From Salinisphaera sp. UBA1666 (GTDB taxonomy: Bacteria; Pseudomonadota; Gammaproteobacteria; Nevskiales; Salinisphaeraceae), in contig DCKU01000186.1 in the NCBI GenBank assembly GCA_002320455.1, positions 27,014-91,013 on the forward strand: a stretch of DNA of 64,000 bases, read 5' to 3'. Shown in pieces: positions 40,993 through 52,711 of this stretch (position 1 is the first letter of the stretch; each line of letters opens with the position of its first letter). Made by a program: the position numbers and the translations under genes. The notes beneath the pieces are model-generated. The model made no database searches, was not told where the DNA came from, and was given only the letters and a program-made list of their open reading frames with translations.

Positions 40993-42939
40993 ATGCAGAA
41001 GCCGTCGCTCGATGTGATCTGTCTGGGCCGTGCCGCTGTCGACCTTTATGCACAGCAGGTCGGGGCGCGCCTCGAAGACGTTTCTAGCTTTGCCAAGTAT
41101 CTGGGCGGCAGCTCGGGCAACTGTGCCTATGGCAGCGCTCGTCTTGGCTTGGCCTCGGCCATGCTCACGCGGGTCGGCAACGAACAGTTCGGCCGATTCG
41201 TAGTCGAGGCGCTGGCCCGGGCCGGGGTCGATACGTCGCATATGCCGGTCGATGCCGATCGGGCCACGGCGCTGGCGATTCTGGCGCTCAAGGATCGCGA
41301 CACCTTTCCGCTGCTGTTCTATCGTCGCGACTGTGCCGATATGGCCATTGCCGCCGACGATATCGATCCCGATTGGATCGGCTCGGCCAAGGCGCTGGCC
41401 ATTACGGGCACCCACTTATCGACGGAGACGACGCAAGACGCTTGCCGCGCGGCTCTGGACGCTGCAGCGTCGCACGGCCGCCGACGGGTTCTAGACATCG
41501 ACTATCGCCCGGTGTTATGGGGCTTGACCGATCCAGGGGACGGCGAAACCCGCTATGTTCAGGACGCCGAGACCACCGCCCATCTGCAGCGTTGGGTCGG
41601 TGATTTCGATCTGATCGTGGGCACCGAGGAAGAGTTTCATATCGCTGGCGGCACCACCGATACGATCGCCGCGCTGAAAAAGGTCCGTGCGCTGTCGGAC
41701 GCGGTGCTGGTCTGCAAGCTGGGCCCGCTGGGCTGCACTATCTTTGAAGGCCCGATCGGTGACTCGGTCGACGACGGCGTGCGGGTCGAGGGCGTTCAGG
41801 TCGAGGTGCTCAACGTTCTGGGCGCCGGCGATGCGTTCATGGCCGGCTTTCTGCGGGGGTATCTGCGCGACGAACCCTGGGAAACCTGTGCCTCCTACGC
41901 CAACGCCTGCGGGGCGCTGGTGGTCTCGCGCCACGGCTGTGCTCCGGCCATGCCCAGTGAGACCGAGCTGTTTGATTACCTGGCGCGTCAGGACGCGGTG
42001 GCGCGCCCGGATCGCGATGCCCGGCTCAACGATCTGCACGCCAAGACCACCCGCCACCCGGCTGAATGGGGCCCGATCTATGGCCTGGCTTTCGATCATC
42101 GGCGTCAGCTGTTCGACATGGCCGCCGAGCTGGGAGTAGAAGCCAAGCATCTGTCGCCGCTCAAGACGCTGCTGGTGGCCGCCGCCGAGGCCGGCTTTGC
42201 CCGATCCGGCGCGCCGGGCACGCCGGCGGTGCTGTGCGACGACGTGATCGGCCAGGACGCGCTCAACGCCATGACCGGTCGAGGCTGGTGGATCGGCCGT
42301 CCGGTTGAGCTGCCGGGCTCGCGGCCGTTGGTGTTCCAGCACGGAGACGATATCGGCAGCGAGCTGGTGAGTTGGCCGGCCGAGCACATCATCAAGTGTC
42401 TGGTTTTTTATGACCCCGACGACGAAATCGAGCTGCGCTTGGCCCAGGAAGATCGGCTGCGCCAGCTGGAACAGGCACGCCGGGTCTCTGGCCACGAGCT
42501 ACTGATCGAGATCATCCCGCCGAAGAATCACTCGACCGATGACCTGACCATCGCGCGCAGCCTGCAACGCTGTTATCACCTGGGCATCCGGCCCGACTGG
42601 TGGAAACTGCCGCCGATGAACGAGACCGCCTGGGAGAACGTGCGGGAGATCGTGACGCGCTACGACGCCCATTGCCGCGGCGTGGTGTTGCTGGGCCTGG
42701 ATGCTCCGATGGACGAGGTCAAGGCCGGTTTTCGGGCGGCCAGCGGCTCGCAGATCTGTCGCGGGTTCACGATCGGGCGCACGCTGTTTGCCGACGCCGC
42801 CCGCGACTGGCTGGCCGGTCGTATCGACGATGCGCAGCTCGTGGACACGGTCGCCGACAACTATGCCGAGCTGATTACCACCTGGCGCGAGGCCGCAGGC
42901 GATAGCGCAGCCACACGTCAGGTCGCTGGAGGCCTGTGA
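40993..42939 (+). CDS. iolC: 5-dehydro-2-deoxygluconokinase fused to a C-terminal aldolase-like (DUF2090) domain
   Basis: GRAAVDLY.QQVG, DIDYRP.LW, NVLGAGDAF PfkB motif, AFDHR, GRPVELPGSRP, PDWWKL; GGAGG RBS. Confidence 0.95.
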   Translation: MQKPSLDVICLGRAAVDLYAQQVGARLEDVSSFAKYLGGSSGNCAYGSARLGLASAMLTRVGNEQFGRFVVEALARAGVDTSHMPVDADRATALAILALKDRDTFPLLFYRRDCADMAIAADDIDPDWIGSAKALAITGTHLSTETTQDACRAALDAAASHGRRRVLDIDYRPVLWGLTDPGDGETRYVQDAETTAHLQRWVGDFDLIVGTEEEFHIAGGTTDTIAALKKVRALSDAVLVCKLGPLGCTIFEGPIGDSVDDGVRVEGVQVEVLNVLGAGDAFMAGFLRGYLRDEPWETCASYANACGALVVSRHGCAPAMPSETELFDYLARQDAVARPDRDARLNDLHAKTTRHPAEWGPIYGLAFDHRRQLFDMAAELGVEAKHLSPLKTLLVAAAEAGFARSGAPGTPAVLCDDVIGQDALNAMTGRGWWIGRPVELPGSRPLVFQHGDDIGSELVSWPAEHIIKCLVFYDPDDEIELRLAQEDRLRQLEQARRVSGHELLIEIIPPKNHSTDDLTIARSLQRCYHLGIRPDWWKLPPMNETAWENVREIVTRYDAHCRGVVLLGLDAPMDEVKAGFRAASGSQICRGFTIGRTLFADAARDWLAGRIDDAQLVDTVADNYAELITTWREAAGDSAATRQVAGGL

Positions 42940-44786
42940 TGCAAGAAACGGTTCGATTGACCATGGCCCAGGCGCTGGTGCGCTATCTTGGCGCCCAGTA
43001 CATCGAGATCGACGGCCGACAAGAGCCGCTGTTCGGCGGCTGTTTTGCGATCTTCGGCCACGGGAACGTCGCGGGGATGGGCGAGGCCCTTTACGCCGAG
43101 CGTGAGCGTTTTTCGACCTGGCGCGGGCACAACGAACAAGGCATGACCCACGCCGCGATTGGCTATGCCAAACAATATCGCCGACGCCGGATGATGGCCG
43201 TAACCACGTCGATCGGCCCCGGTGCGCTCAATATGGTGACCGCGGCCGGCCTGGCGCATGCCAATCGCTTGCCGGTGCTGCTGCTGCCGGGCGATACGTT
43301 CGCCAGCCGCGCGCCCGATCCCGTGCTGCAACAGGTCGAGCACTACGGCGCGCCGTCGACCACGGTCAATGATGCGTTCGTGCCGGTTTCGCGCTATTTC
43401 GATCGCATCACGCGGCCCGAGCAGCTGCTGGCCAGCCTGCCAGCGGCCGTGGACACGCTTTTAGACCCGGTCGACTGTGGCCCGGCCACCTTGGCGCTGC
43501 CCCAGGACGTACAGGCCGAGGCCTACGATTTTCCGCGTGTGTTCTTCGAGCCTCGCCTGCGGCGTATCCGCCAGCCGGGGCTCGACGTGCACGAACTGGC
43601 CGCTGCCGTAGCAACGTTGGCCGCGGCCGACAAGCCGCTGATCATCGCCGGCGGCGGCGTGCTCTATAGCGACGCCGCCGATACCCTGGCGCAGTTCGCA
43701 CAAACGCACGGCATCCCCGTGGCCGAGACCCAGGCCGGCAAGGGCAGCCTGCGCGCCGATCACCCAATGAACGTCGGCTCGATCGGCGTAACCGGCAGTA
43801 CGGCCGCCAACACGCTGGCCGCTGAGGCAGACGTGATCGTGGCGCTGGGTACCCGCCTACAAGACTTCACCACCGGTTCGCGAGCGCTGTACGGGGCCAA
43901 CGGCCCGCGACTGCTGGCGATCAACGCGGCCCGTTTCGACGGGGCCAAGCACGGCGCACAAGCGCTCATCGGTGACGCACAAGTGGCACTGGACGCTCTG
44001 TCGAGCCGTCTGGACGGCTGGCAGGCCGCATCCGACTGGCAAGAGCGGCTGTCCGTCGCTCGAGGCAACTGGCTGAGCGTGGTGGCGCGCGTGACCGCGG
44101 ACGACGGCACAGCGACCCCCGCCGATAGCCAGGTGCTGGGCGCGGTCAATCGCGCGGCGGGCGAGAACGGCACGGTCGTCTGTGCCGCCGGCGGGCTGCC
44201 GGGCGAGCTGCACAAGCTTTACCAGACCACCGGACCCGGCAGCTATCACGTGGAATATGGCTTTTCTTGCATGGGCTATGAAGTTGCCGGCGGGCTGGGC
44301 GCCAAGATGGCAGCGCCCGCGCGCGAGATCTATGTCACCGTCGGCGACGGCAGTTATCTGATGCTGAACTCGGAGCTGGCCACCTCGGTCATGCTGGGCT
44401 ACAAGCTCATCGTGGTACTGCTGGATAACCGCGGCTATGGCTGTATCCATCGGCTACAAGAGGCCACGGTCGGCGTCGAGTTCAACAACCTGTTTTCAGG
44501 CTGTCAGACCGCTGCCGGCGGTGCTCCGGAGATCGACTTTGCCGCCCATGCCCGCGCGCTCGGCTGCGAAGCCGAGTGGGTCGAAGGTATTTCAGGCCTG
44601 GAGGCTGCGCTCGGCCGGGCTCAAGCCGCCGATCGGAGCTATGTCATCGCTCTCAAGACCGACCCGGATAAGGCCACGGCCGAAGGCGGGGCGTGGTGGG
44701 ACGTGCCGGTGGCCGAAGTCTCCGAGCGTGACGCAGTCACCGAGCGCCGCGGTGCCTACGAACAGAACAAGCAGCGCCAGAGATAA
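42939..44786 (+). CDS. iolD: 3D-(3,5/4)-trihydroxycyclohexane-1,2-dione acylhydrolase
   Basis: RLTMAQAL, IFGHGNVAG, NEQGM, SIGPGA.N, EYGFSCMGYE, TPP motif GDGSYLM..N, WWDVP. Confidence 0.96.
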   Translation: MQETVRLTMAQALVRYLGAQYIEIDGRQEPLFGGCFAIFGHGNVAGMGEALYAERERFSTWRGHNEQGMTHAAIGYAKQYRRRRMMAVTTSIGPGALNMVTAAGLAHANRLPVLLLPGDTFASRAPDPVLQQVEHYGAPSTTVNDAFVPVSRYFDRITRPEQLLASLPAAVDTLLDPVDCGPATLALPQDVQAEAYDFPRVFFEPRLRRIRQPGLDVHELAAAVATLAAADKPLIIAGGGVLYSDAADTLAQFAQTHGIPVAETQAGKGSLRADHPMNVGSIGVTGSTAANTLAAEADVIVALGTRLQDFTTGSRALYGANGPRLLAINAARFDGAKHGAQALIGDAQVALDALSSRLDGWQAASDWQERLSVARGNWLSVVARVTADDGTATPADSQVLGAVNRAAGENGTVVCAAGGLPGELHKLYQTTGPGSYHVEYGFSCMGYEVAGGLGAKMAAPAREIYVTVGDGSYLMLNSELATSVMLGYKLIVVLLDNRGYGCIHRLQEATVGVEFNNLFSGCQTAAGGAPEIDFAAHARALGCEAEWVEGISGLEAALGRAQAADRSYVIALKTDPDKATAEGGAWWDVPVAEVSERDAVTERRGAYEQNKQRQR

Positions 44787-44801
44787 GCCAAGGGATAAGC
44801 C

Positions 44802-45698
44802 ATGACCGTTCGATTGGGTGTAAATCCGCTCCTGTGGAGCAACGACGACTTGCCGCTGCTGGGCGACGAAACGCCGCTGGCCCAGTGTTTGGCCGAGGCG
44901 CGACGCGCCGGCTATGCGGGCGTCGAAATGGGCCGCAAGTTTCCGCGAACCCCCGATGCCTTGTCCGAGGCGCTGGCCGTGGATGGGCTGGATCTGGCAT
45001 CGGGCTGGTATTCGTCCAACCTGCTGGAACACGACGCCGCTACGGAAATCGCGGCGATGCAAGGCCACCTGGCACTGATGCGCGCGACCGGGGTCACGGC
45101 TATGGTGTTCTGTGAAACCGCGCGCTGTGTCCATCTCGATCGCGGGCTGGCCGTGTCGCGCCGGCCGCGGCTCAGCGACGCCGACTGGGCGATACTGGCC
45201 CCAAGGCTCGATGAGGTCGCCAACTATCTGGCCGAGCAGGGCATTCGGCTGGCTTATCATCACCATATGGGCACGCCTGTCCAGTCCACCGACGACGTCG
45301 CGCGGCTCATGGCCGAGACCGGCGACAATGTCGGCTTGTTGTTCGATACCGGGCACTGTCGTTTTGCCGGCGGTGATCCGCTGGAGTGGGTGCAACGCTT
45401 CGGCTCGCGTATCAATCACGTGCATTGCAAGGACGTGCGCGAGCCGGTCATCGCCCGAGCGCGCAACCGCGATGCCAGCTTCCTCGACGCCGTGGTCGAC
45501 GGCGTGTTCACCATTCCCGGCGACGGCGATCTGGATTTTGCCGCGATCTTCGACGCGCTGGCCGCTAACGGCTACGCGGGCTGGCTGGTGGCCGAGGCCG
45601 AACAGGACCCGAGCGTGGCCCCGTCCTGGCCGCTGGCCGAGCGCAGCCGCGATTTTCTTCAAACCACCGCGCAGCGCGCCGGCCTACAAACGGCGTAG
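44802..45698 (+). CDS. iolE: myo-inosose-2 dehydratase
   Basis: NP..WSNDDLP, E.G.KFP, YHHHMGT, DTGH, HVHCKDVR, EAEQDP. Confidence 0.95.
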   Translation: MTVRLGVNPLLWSNDDLPLLGDETPLAQCLAEARRAGYAGVEMGRKFPRTPDALSEALAVDGLDLASGWYSSNLLEHDAATEIAAMQGHLALMRATGVTAMVFCETARCVHLDRGLAVSRRPRLSDADWAILAPRLDEVANYLAEQGIRLAYHHHMGTPVQSTDDVARLMAETGDNVGLLFDTGHCRFAGGDPLEWVQRFGSRINHVHCKDVREPVIARARNRDASFLDAVVDGVFTIPGDGDLDFAAIFDALAANGYAGWLVAEAEQDPSVAPSWPLAERSRDFLQTTAQRAGLQTA

Positions 45699-45733
45699 GC
45701 TGACCGACACCCACAACGCCAAGGATCAAAGAC

Positions 45734-47233
<1,500 letters not shown>

Positions 47234-47256
47234 CCTCGCCCGACCGGGCCCACCCG

Positions 47257-47292
47257 GCACCCGCGCGACCGCGCGGGTGCATTTTCGTTTTG
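47257..47292 (+). terminator. Probable terminator after mmsA
   Basis: GCACCCGCGC-gacc-GCGCGGGTGC followed by ATTTTCGTTTTG. Confidence 0.7.
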
Positions 47293-47326
47293 TTTTTGCG
47301 GCGATCGGCGCCGCCAGGGGATTGTT

Positions 47327-48490
47327 GTGCCTAAAATTCTGAACGTCGGCATCATCGGCACGGGCTATATGGGCCAGGCGCACGCCGAGGCGTTTCGGCG
47401 AGCCGCGGCCCTGTATCCGGACCTGCCGCGGCGTCCGCATCTCTATGCCGTAGCCGATATCGATGCCGCGGCCGCCGAGAACGCTCGACATCGCTTCGGC
47501 TTCGACCGGGCCTACGACGACTGGCGCGCCCTGATCGCCGACCCGAGTGTCGAGGCGGTATCGATCACCGCACCCAACGCCCTTCACCACGAAATGGCGC
47601 TGGCCGCCATCGCCGCGGGCAAGGCGGTTTATCTGGAAAAGCCGATGGCCATGACCGTGGCAGAGGCTGAAGAAATGACCGAGGCTGCCCGGGCCGCGGG
47701 GGTAATCACGGCCGTATCGTTCAATAACATCAAGCAGCCGGCGGTCATGCTGGCGCGCCAGCTCATCGACGCCGGCGACATTGGCCAGCCGATCCGTTTT
47801 CGGGGTACGTTCGATCAAGGGTTTTTCAACGACCCCGAGCTGCCCTGGTCGTGGCGTTGTTCGCGGGCGGCCGGGGGAACCGGCTCTCTGGGCGATCTGG
47901 GCGCTCATACCATCAGTATCGCCCAATATCTGATGGGCGACGTAGCCGCTGTCTGTGCCCAGTCGCAGACGTTTTTTACCGAGCGTCCGGTGCCGTCGGG
48001 CGGTACGGGCTATAGCGCGACGCTGTCTGCCGACGCCGAATGGCGCGCCGTGGAAAACGACGACGCTACACAGGCCCTGGTCAAATTCCGCTCCGGGGCC
48101 GCCGGGGTGCTGGAGTCGTCCAGGGTAGCGGCCGGACGGATCAACGGCGTGTACTGGGAGGTCTCGGGCACCGAAGGCACCTTGTATATGGACGGCGAGC
48201 GCTTCAACGAGCTACAGGTCTTTCGCCAGAGCGACGCCAAGCGTGACCGGGGCTTCAAAACCCTGTTTGCGGGCTCGCAGGTGCCGCAGTATGCGGGCTT
48301 CTTCGGTTTTGACTTCGGCGGCGGTCTGCTGGGGTTTTACGATATGAAAGTCATCGATGTCCACGACTTTGTAACCGCTGTCGCCGGCACGCAAACCGCT
48401 GCAGCCGATTTCGTCTTCGGCCTGGCCAATCAACGGATTCTCGAGGCCATTGATCGCTCCTGCGGGCAAGAAGCCTGGGTGCGTCTATAA
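47327..48490 (+). CDS. Gfo/Idh/MocA oxidoreductase (second inositol-isomer dehydrogenase)
   Basis: GIIGTGYMG..H, YLEKPM, G.LGDLGAH, VENDD; GTG start. Confidence 0.88.
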   Translation: MPKILNVGIIGTGYMGQAHAEAFRRAAALYPDLPRRPHLYAVADIDAAAAENARHRFGFDRAYDDWRALIADPSVEAVSITAPNALHHEMALAAIAAGKAVYLEKPMAMTVAEAEEMTEAARAAGVITAVSFNNIKQPAVMLARQLIDAGDIGQPIRFRGTFDQGFFNDPELPWSWRCSRAAGGTGSLGDLGAHTISIAQYLMGDVAAVCAQSQTFFTERPVPSGGTGYSATLSADAEWRAVENDDATQALVKFRSGAAGVLESSRVAAGRINGVYWEVSGTEGTLYMDGERFNELQVFRQSDAKRDRGFKTLFAGSQVPQYAGFFGFDFGGGLLGFYDMKVIDVHDFVTAVAGTQTAAADFVFGLANQRILEAIDRSCGQEAWVRL

Positions 48491-48816
48491 CGACCGTCGC
48501 CGGGCGGTTCGGCGCGAGCTGTGACCGCGCGACGCCCCCGTTATCCAATCCGATATCGTGGCAACACCGGCGCTGCTCCTTCGCGCTATAAAAGATGTAC
48601 TTGGCTTTGCCGGCCAGGTTAGGGCTTCGTCATCTGCCGTCGCAGCGTCGTTATCGGCTAAATGTGACGCGGCTTAGGGCTGAGGCAGTCTCGCAGCTTG
48701 CGAAAATCGCCGCGCTCACGTTATCGGCAAAATCCCCGTTCGATCTGCTGTGGAGTTATTGGTTAAGTCCATGCTTGGTCGCGGTCTTTAAACCTAAAAA
48801 TTCATACGAACGTACT

Positions 48817-48834
48817 ATGGAATGAAAATTCCAA
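48817..48834. promoter_or_regulatory. Candidate IolR operator upstream of the ABC operon
   Basis: ATGGAA-TGAAAA-TTCCAA. Confidence 0.65.
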
Positions 48835-48896
48835 TCTGATCTAGAGTGGATCTCAAGTCGGAGCCATACCCGGCGCACCTATATCGGAGGGGATTC

Positions 48897-49847
48897 ATGA
48901 CATATCGATCATTCAATCGCTGGCTGGCCGGCGCCGCCTTAGCGCTGGCCGCAGGCTTGGGGCTGGCCGGCTCCGCAGCCGCCGACGACGACATGACCTT
49001 CGCGCTTATCTCCCATGCCGTACCCGGCGACACGTTTTGGGATATCGAGCGCAAAGGTGCAGAAACGGCGGCCCGCCAGCTGGGCGCCGATCTCATCTAT
49101 GCACACCATCCGGCGGCCGGCCAGCAAGCCACGCTGGTCCAGAACGTCATCAACCAGGGCGTGGACGGTATCGCGCTCACGCTGTCGCACCCCGACGCCA
49201 TGCGCGGCGTGATCGCCAAGGCCGATGCGGCCGGCATCCCGGTCATCGGCCTCAACAGTGGCCTTAACGAATGGCAGTCCACCAAGGTTTTTGCGTATAT
49301 CGGCCAAGACCCGGTGGTCGCCGGTGCTGCCTTCGGCGATCGGCTCAACACCACCGATGCCAAGCACGTTCTGTGTGTGAACCACGAGCAGGGCAACGTC
49401 TCACTAGCGCGGCGCTGCGAAGGCATTGAAGATACGTTCGATGGCAAGGTCAGCACGCTTTATGTGAACGGCCAGAACATGACCAGCGTACGCTCGCGGC
49501 TGTTGGCCAAGCTGCAACAGGATCCCTCGATCGATTACGTCGCCACGCTGGGCGCGCCGTATGCCATGACCGCTGTCCGCGCGATTCGGATGTCGGGCCG
49601 ACCGGTGTCACTGACCACTTTCGATTTGAACTCGCGCGTCATTTCGGCGATCGAGCGCGGCAAGATTCGCTGGGCTGTGGACCAGCAGCCGTTTTTGCAG
49701 GGCTATCTCGCCATCGAGTCGCTCTGGCTCAAGGCCACCAACGGCAACGTCATCGGCGGCGGCCAGGCCGTGCTGACCGGCCCGTCGTTTGTGACCGCCG
49801 AAAACGTCGACCAGATCGCTGCGTTTGCCAAGCGCGGCACGCGTTGA
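48897..49847 (+). CDS. Sugar (inositol) ABC transporter substrate-binding protein
   Basis: Signal peptide, H..PGDTFW, GIPVI..NSG, AVDQQPFLQGY, LTGP; GGAGG RBS. Confidence 0.9.
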   Translation: MTYRSFNRWLAGAALALAAGLGLAGSAAADDDMTFALISHAVPGDTFWDIERKGAETAARQLGADLIYAHHPAAGQQATLVQNVINQGVDGIALTLSHPDAMRGVIAKADAAGIPVIGLNSGLNEWQSTKVFAYIGQDPVVAGAAFGDRLNTTDAKHVLCVNHEQGNVSLARRCEGIEDTFDGKVSTLYVNGQNMTSVRSRLLAKLQQDPSIDYVATLGAPYAMTAVRAIRMSGRPVSLTTFDLNSRVISAIERGKIRWAVDQQPFLQGYLAIESLWLKATNGNVIGGGQAVLTGPSFVTAENVDQIAAFAKRGTR

Positions 49848-49869
49848 TTAGCGCGGGAGAACATCCATC

Positions 49870-50913
49870 ATGTCTGACACCATGACCGAGCAAGACAACA
49901 CCGCCCGGGCCCCGGGCTGGGGCCAGCGTCTTGCCGCGTTGATCAAGCGACCGGAAATCGGCTCCGTGGGCGGGGCGATTCTGGTCTTCGTTCTGTTCTT
50001 CGTGCTGGCCGAGCCGTTTCGCAGCCTGGCGTCGTTTTCTACCGTGCTCTATCAGAGTGCGGCTCTGGGCATCCCGGCCGTAGCGGTCGCTCTTCTGATG
50101 ATCGGCGGCGAATTTGATCTTTCGGCGGGGGTAGCGGTCACCACCTCGTCGCTGGCGGCCTCGATGTTTGCCATGCAGGTCGCCGGCAATGTCTGGGTGG
50201 GCGTGGGCTTTGCGTTGATCCTGTCGCTGGCCATCGGGGCGCTCAATGGTTATCTGCTGATCAAGACCGGCTTGCACAGTTTTCTGGTCACACTATCGAC
50301 GTTTTTGATGCTGCAAGGCCTGAACCTGGCCGTTACCAAACTGGTCACCGGTAATGTGGCCACGGGCGATATTTCTACGCTGAGCGGGTTCGACTCGGCG
50401 CGTGCCGTTTTCTCGTCCTATTTCATGATCTTTGGCATGTCCGTATCGATCATCGTGTTCTACTGGCTGGCGTTCGTGGTCATTGCGACCTGGATTCTGC
50501 TGCGTACGCGCATCGGCAACTGGATTTTTGCCGTGGGCGGGCAGGGCGAGTCGGCTCGGGCCGTGGGCGTGCCATTGAACAAGGTCAAGATCGGACTGTT
50601 CATGGGCGTGGGCTTTGCGGCCTGGTTCATGGGCATGCACCTGCTGTTTGACTACGTCACCGTGCAATCTGGCGAAGGCGTCGGCAACGAGCTGCTGTAT
50701 ATCGCCCAGGCCGTAGTCGGTGGCTGTCTGCTAACCGGCGGCTACGGCTCGGCGATCGGTGCGGCCATTGGCGGCTTCATCTTCGGCATGACCACTCAGG
50801 GCATCATCTATGCCGGCTGGGACCCGCAGTGGTTCATGTTCTTCGTCGGCGTGATGTTGCTGCTGGCGACTGTATTCAACGCCTGGATCCGTCGCCAGGC
50901 CACGCGAGGCTAA
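49870..50913 (+). CDS. Sugar ABC transporter permease
   Basis: [48 protein letters not shown]. Confidence 0.92.
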   Translation: MSDTMTEQDNTARAPGWGQRLAALIKRPEIGSVGGAILVFVLFFVLAEPFRSLASFSTVLYQSAALGIPAVAVALLMIGGEFDLSAGVAVTTSSLAASMFAMQVAGNVWVGVGFALILSLAIGALNGYLLIKTGLHSFLVTLSTFLMLQGLNLAVTKLVTGNVATGDISTLSGFDSARAVFSSYFMIFGMSVSIIVFYWLAFVVIATWILLRTRIGNWIFAVGGQGESARAVGVPLNKVKIGLFMGVGFAAWFMGMHLLFDYVTVQSGEGVGNELLYIAQAVVGGCLLTGGYGSAIGAAIGGFIFGMTTQGIIYAGWDPQWFMFFVGVMLLLATVFNAWIRRQATRG

Positions 50914-50917
50914 TCCC

Positions 50918-51700
50918 ATGAGCGAACAAGCGCCTCTAATCCGTCTGTCCGGTGTCAGCAAGTCCTTCGGGCCCATCGACGTATTGCAGAATATCAATCT
51001 CGACGTGCCGGCCGGCGAAGTAGCCTGTGTGCTGGGCGACAACGGGGCCGGCAAATCCACGTTGATCAACATCATCGCCGGCCTGCACCAGCATAGTGGC
51101 GGCACCTTCGAGGTTGACGGCCGGGCCGTGCACTTCGACTCGCCGCGCCAGGCACTGGATCGGGGCATCTCCGCGGTCTATCAGCATCTGGCGCTAGTCC
51201 CGCTGCTGCCGGTCTGGCGCAACTTCTTTCTGGGCTCTGAAATCATGCGCGGCCGCGGCGTGTTCGCCCGCCTCGACAAGGCTCGCATGAAAGCCATTAC
51301 CGACGACGCCCTGCGCCAGATGGGCATCGTGATCAAGGACCTCGAGCAGCCCGTGGGTACCCTGTCCGGCGGGCAACGTCAGTGTGTCTCCATCGCCAGA
51401 GCGATCCATTTCGGTGCCCGGCTCTTGATTCTGGACGAGCCGACCGCGGCCCTGGGCGTCAAGCAGTCCGGTGTCGTGCTGAAATATATCGCAAAGGCTG
51501 CGCGCGAGTCCGGCGTGGGCGTGGTATTCATCACCCACAACCCGCATCATGCCTATATGGTTGGCGACTCTTTTGCCATCCTGGCCCGCGGCGAGATCGA
51601 AATGCACGCCCGGCGCGAGGATCTGACGGTCGACGACCTCATCTATCGCATGGCTGGCGGCGCCGAGCTGGAATCGCTTCAGCACGAAATGGGGCGCTAA
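50918..51700 (+). CDS. Sugar ABC transporter ATP-binding protein
   Basis: GDNGAGKST, LSGGQRQ, LILDEPTAALGV, ITHN. Confidence 0.93.
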   Translation: MSEQAPLIRLSGVSKSFGPIDVLQNINLDVPAGEVACVLGDNGAGKSTLINIIAGLHQHSGGTFEVDGRAVHFDSPRQALDRGISAVYQHLALVPLLPVWRNFFLGSEIMRGRGVFARLDKARMKAITDDALRQMGIVIKDLEQPVGTLSGGQRQCVSIARAIHFGARLLILDEPTAALGVKQSGVVLKYIAKAARESGVGVVFITHNPHHAYMVGDSFAILARGEIEMHARREDLTVDDLIYRMAGGAELESLQHEMGR

Positions 51701-51774
51701 CGCGCGGCTTGACCGGGTAACCGGCATGTGGCGCGGGCGCCGTGCGGGGCTTGATCAGACACCTTCGACCAAAG

Positions 51775-52623
51775 ATGCCAATGACCGATAAACGCGATCC
51801 ACGCGCCCAGACGCCGGCGGAGCTGCAGCAACAGATTCTTAATCGCTATCAAACGCTGTCGCGACGCCTGCAACAGATTGCCCAGTTCGCCATCGATCAT
51901 CCCAATGACATGGCGCTGGAAACCACGGCCGTTATCGCCGAGCGGGCCGGCGTTCAACCGTCGGCCATTATCCGGTTTGCCAAGGCCTTCGACTTCTCCG
52001 GCTTTTCCGAGCTGCAGCGCATTTATCAGGCCCGCCTGGCCGAAACTGCCTCCAGCTACAGCGAACGCCTGCGTCGTCTGCGCAGCGAAGAGCCCACCGC
52101 CGGCGACATGTCGAGCAAAGCCGTGCTCGGCGAATTTTGTCGGGCCAACCGTATTTCGCTGGAGCACCTGGCCGACGACATCGATACCGAGGCCCTGGAA
52201 CGCGCCGCCGAGCTCATGGCCGGGGCCGATCGTATCTATCTCTGTGGCCAGCGCCGCTCGTTTCCTGTTGTCGCCTACATGGGGTATGCCCTGGCGCAGA
52301 TTCATGCCGACGCCGTTCTACTCGACGGCCTGGGCGGTATGCTCGGCCAACAAGCCGCGCGCATGCGCGACAACGACGTGCTGTTCGCCGTCTCCTTCCA
52401 GCCATACGCCGAAGAAACCGCCGATATCATCCAACGCGCCACCGAGGCCGGCACTCCCGTTATTGCTCTGACCGATAGCCCACTCAGCCCGGTGGCCGAA
52501 CACGCTGCCGTGTGCCTGGAAATACACGACGCCGAGCTCCATAACTTCCGCTCGCTCGCAGCCAGCATGTGCGTCGCACAGGCATTGACGGTGTCGGTAG
52601 GGCTTGCTTTGGGAAAGCGCTGA
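51775..52623 (+). CDS. iolR: RpiR/MurR-family regulator (IolR)
   Basis: LSRRLQQIA, VQPSAIIRFAK.F.FSGFSELQ HTH, SIS domain GQRRSFPV, SF.PYA, LTDSPLSP, FRSL. Confidence 0.88.
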   Translation: MPMTDKRDPRAQTPAELQQQILNRYQTLSRRLQQIAQFAIDHPNDMALETTAVIAERAGVQPSAIIRFAKAFDFSGFSELQRIYQARLAETASSYSERLRRLRSEEPTAGDMSSKAVLGEFCRANRISLEHLADDIDTEALERAAELMAGADRIYLCGQRRSFPVVAYMGYALAQIHADAVLLDGLGGMLGQQAARMRDNDVLFAVSFQPYAEETADIIQRATEAGTPVIALTDSPLSPVAEHAAVCLEIHDAELHNFRSLAASMCVAQALTVSVGLALGKR

Positions 52624-52711
52624 AGCAGTTGCCCGGTCAAGCCCGGCGGCGGTGAAACCTGTTTGTTCACCGTAGAGACGCTCAATTGATCACGGCGTGA
52701 GACCGGGTAAG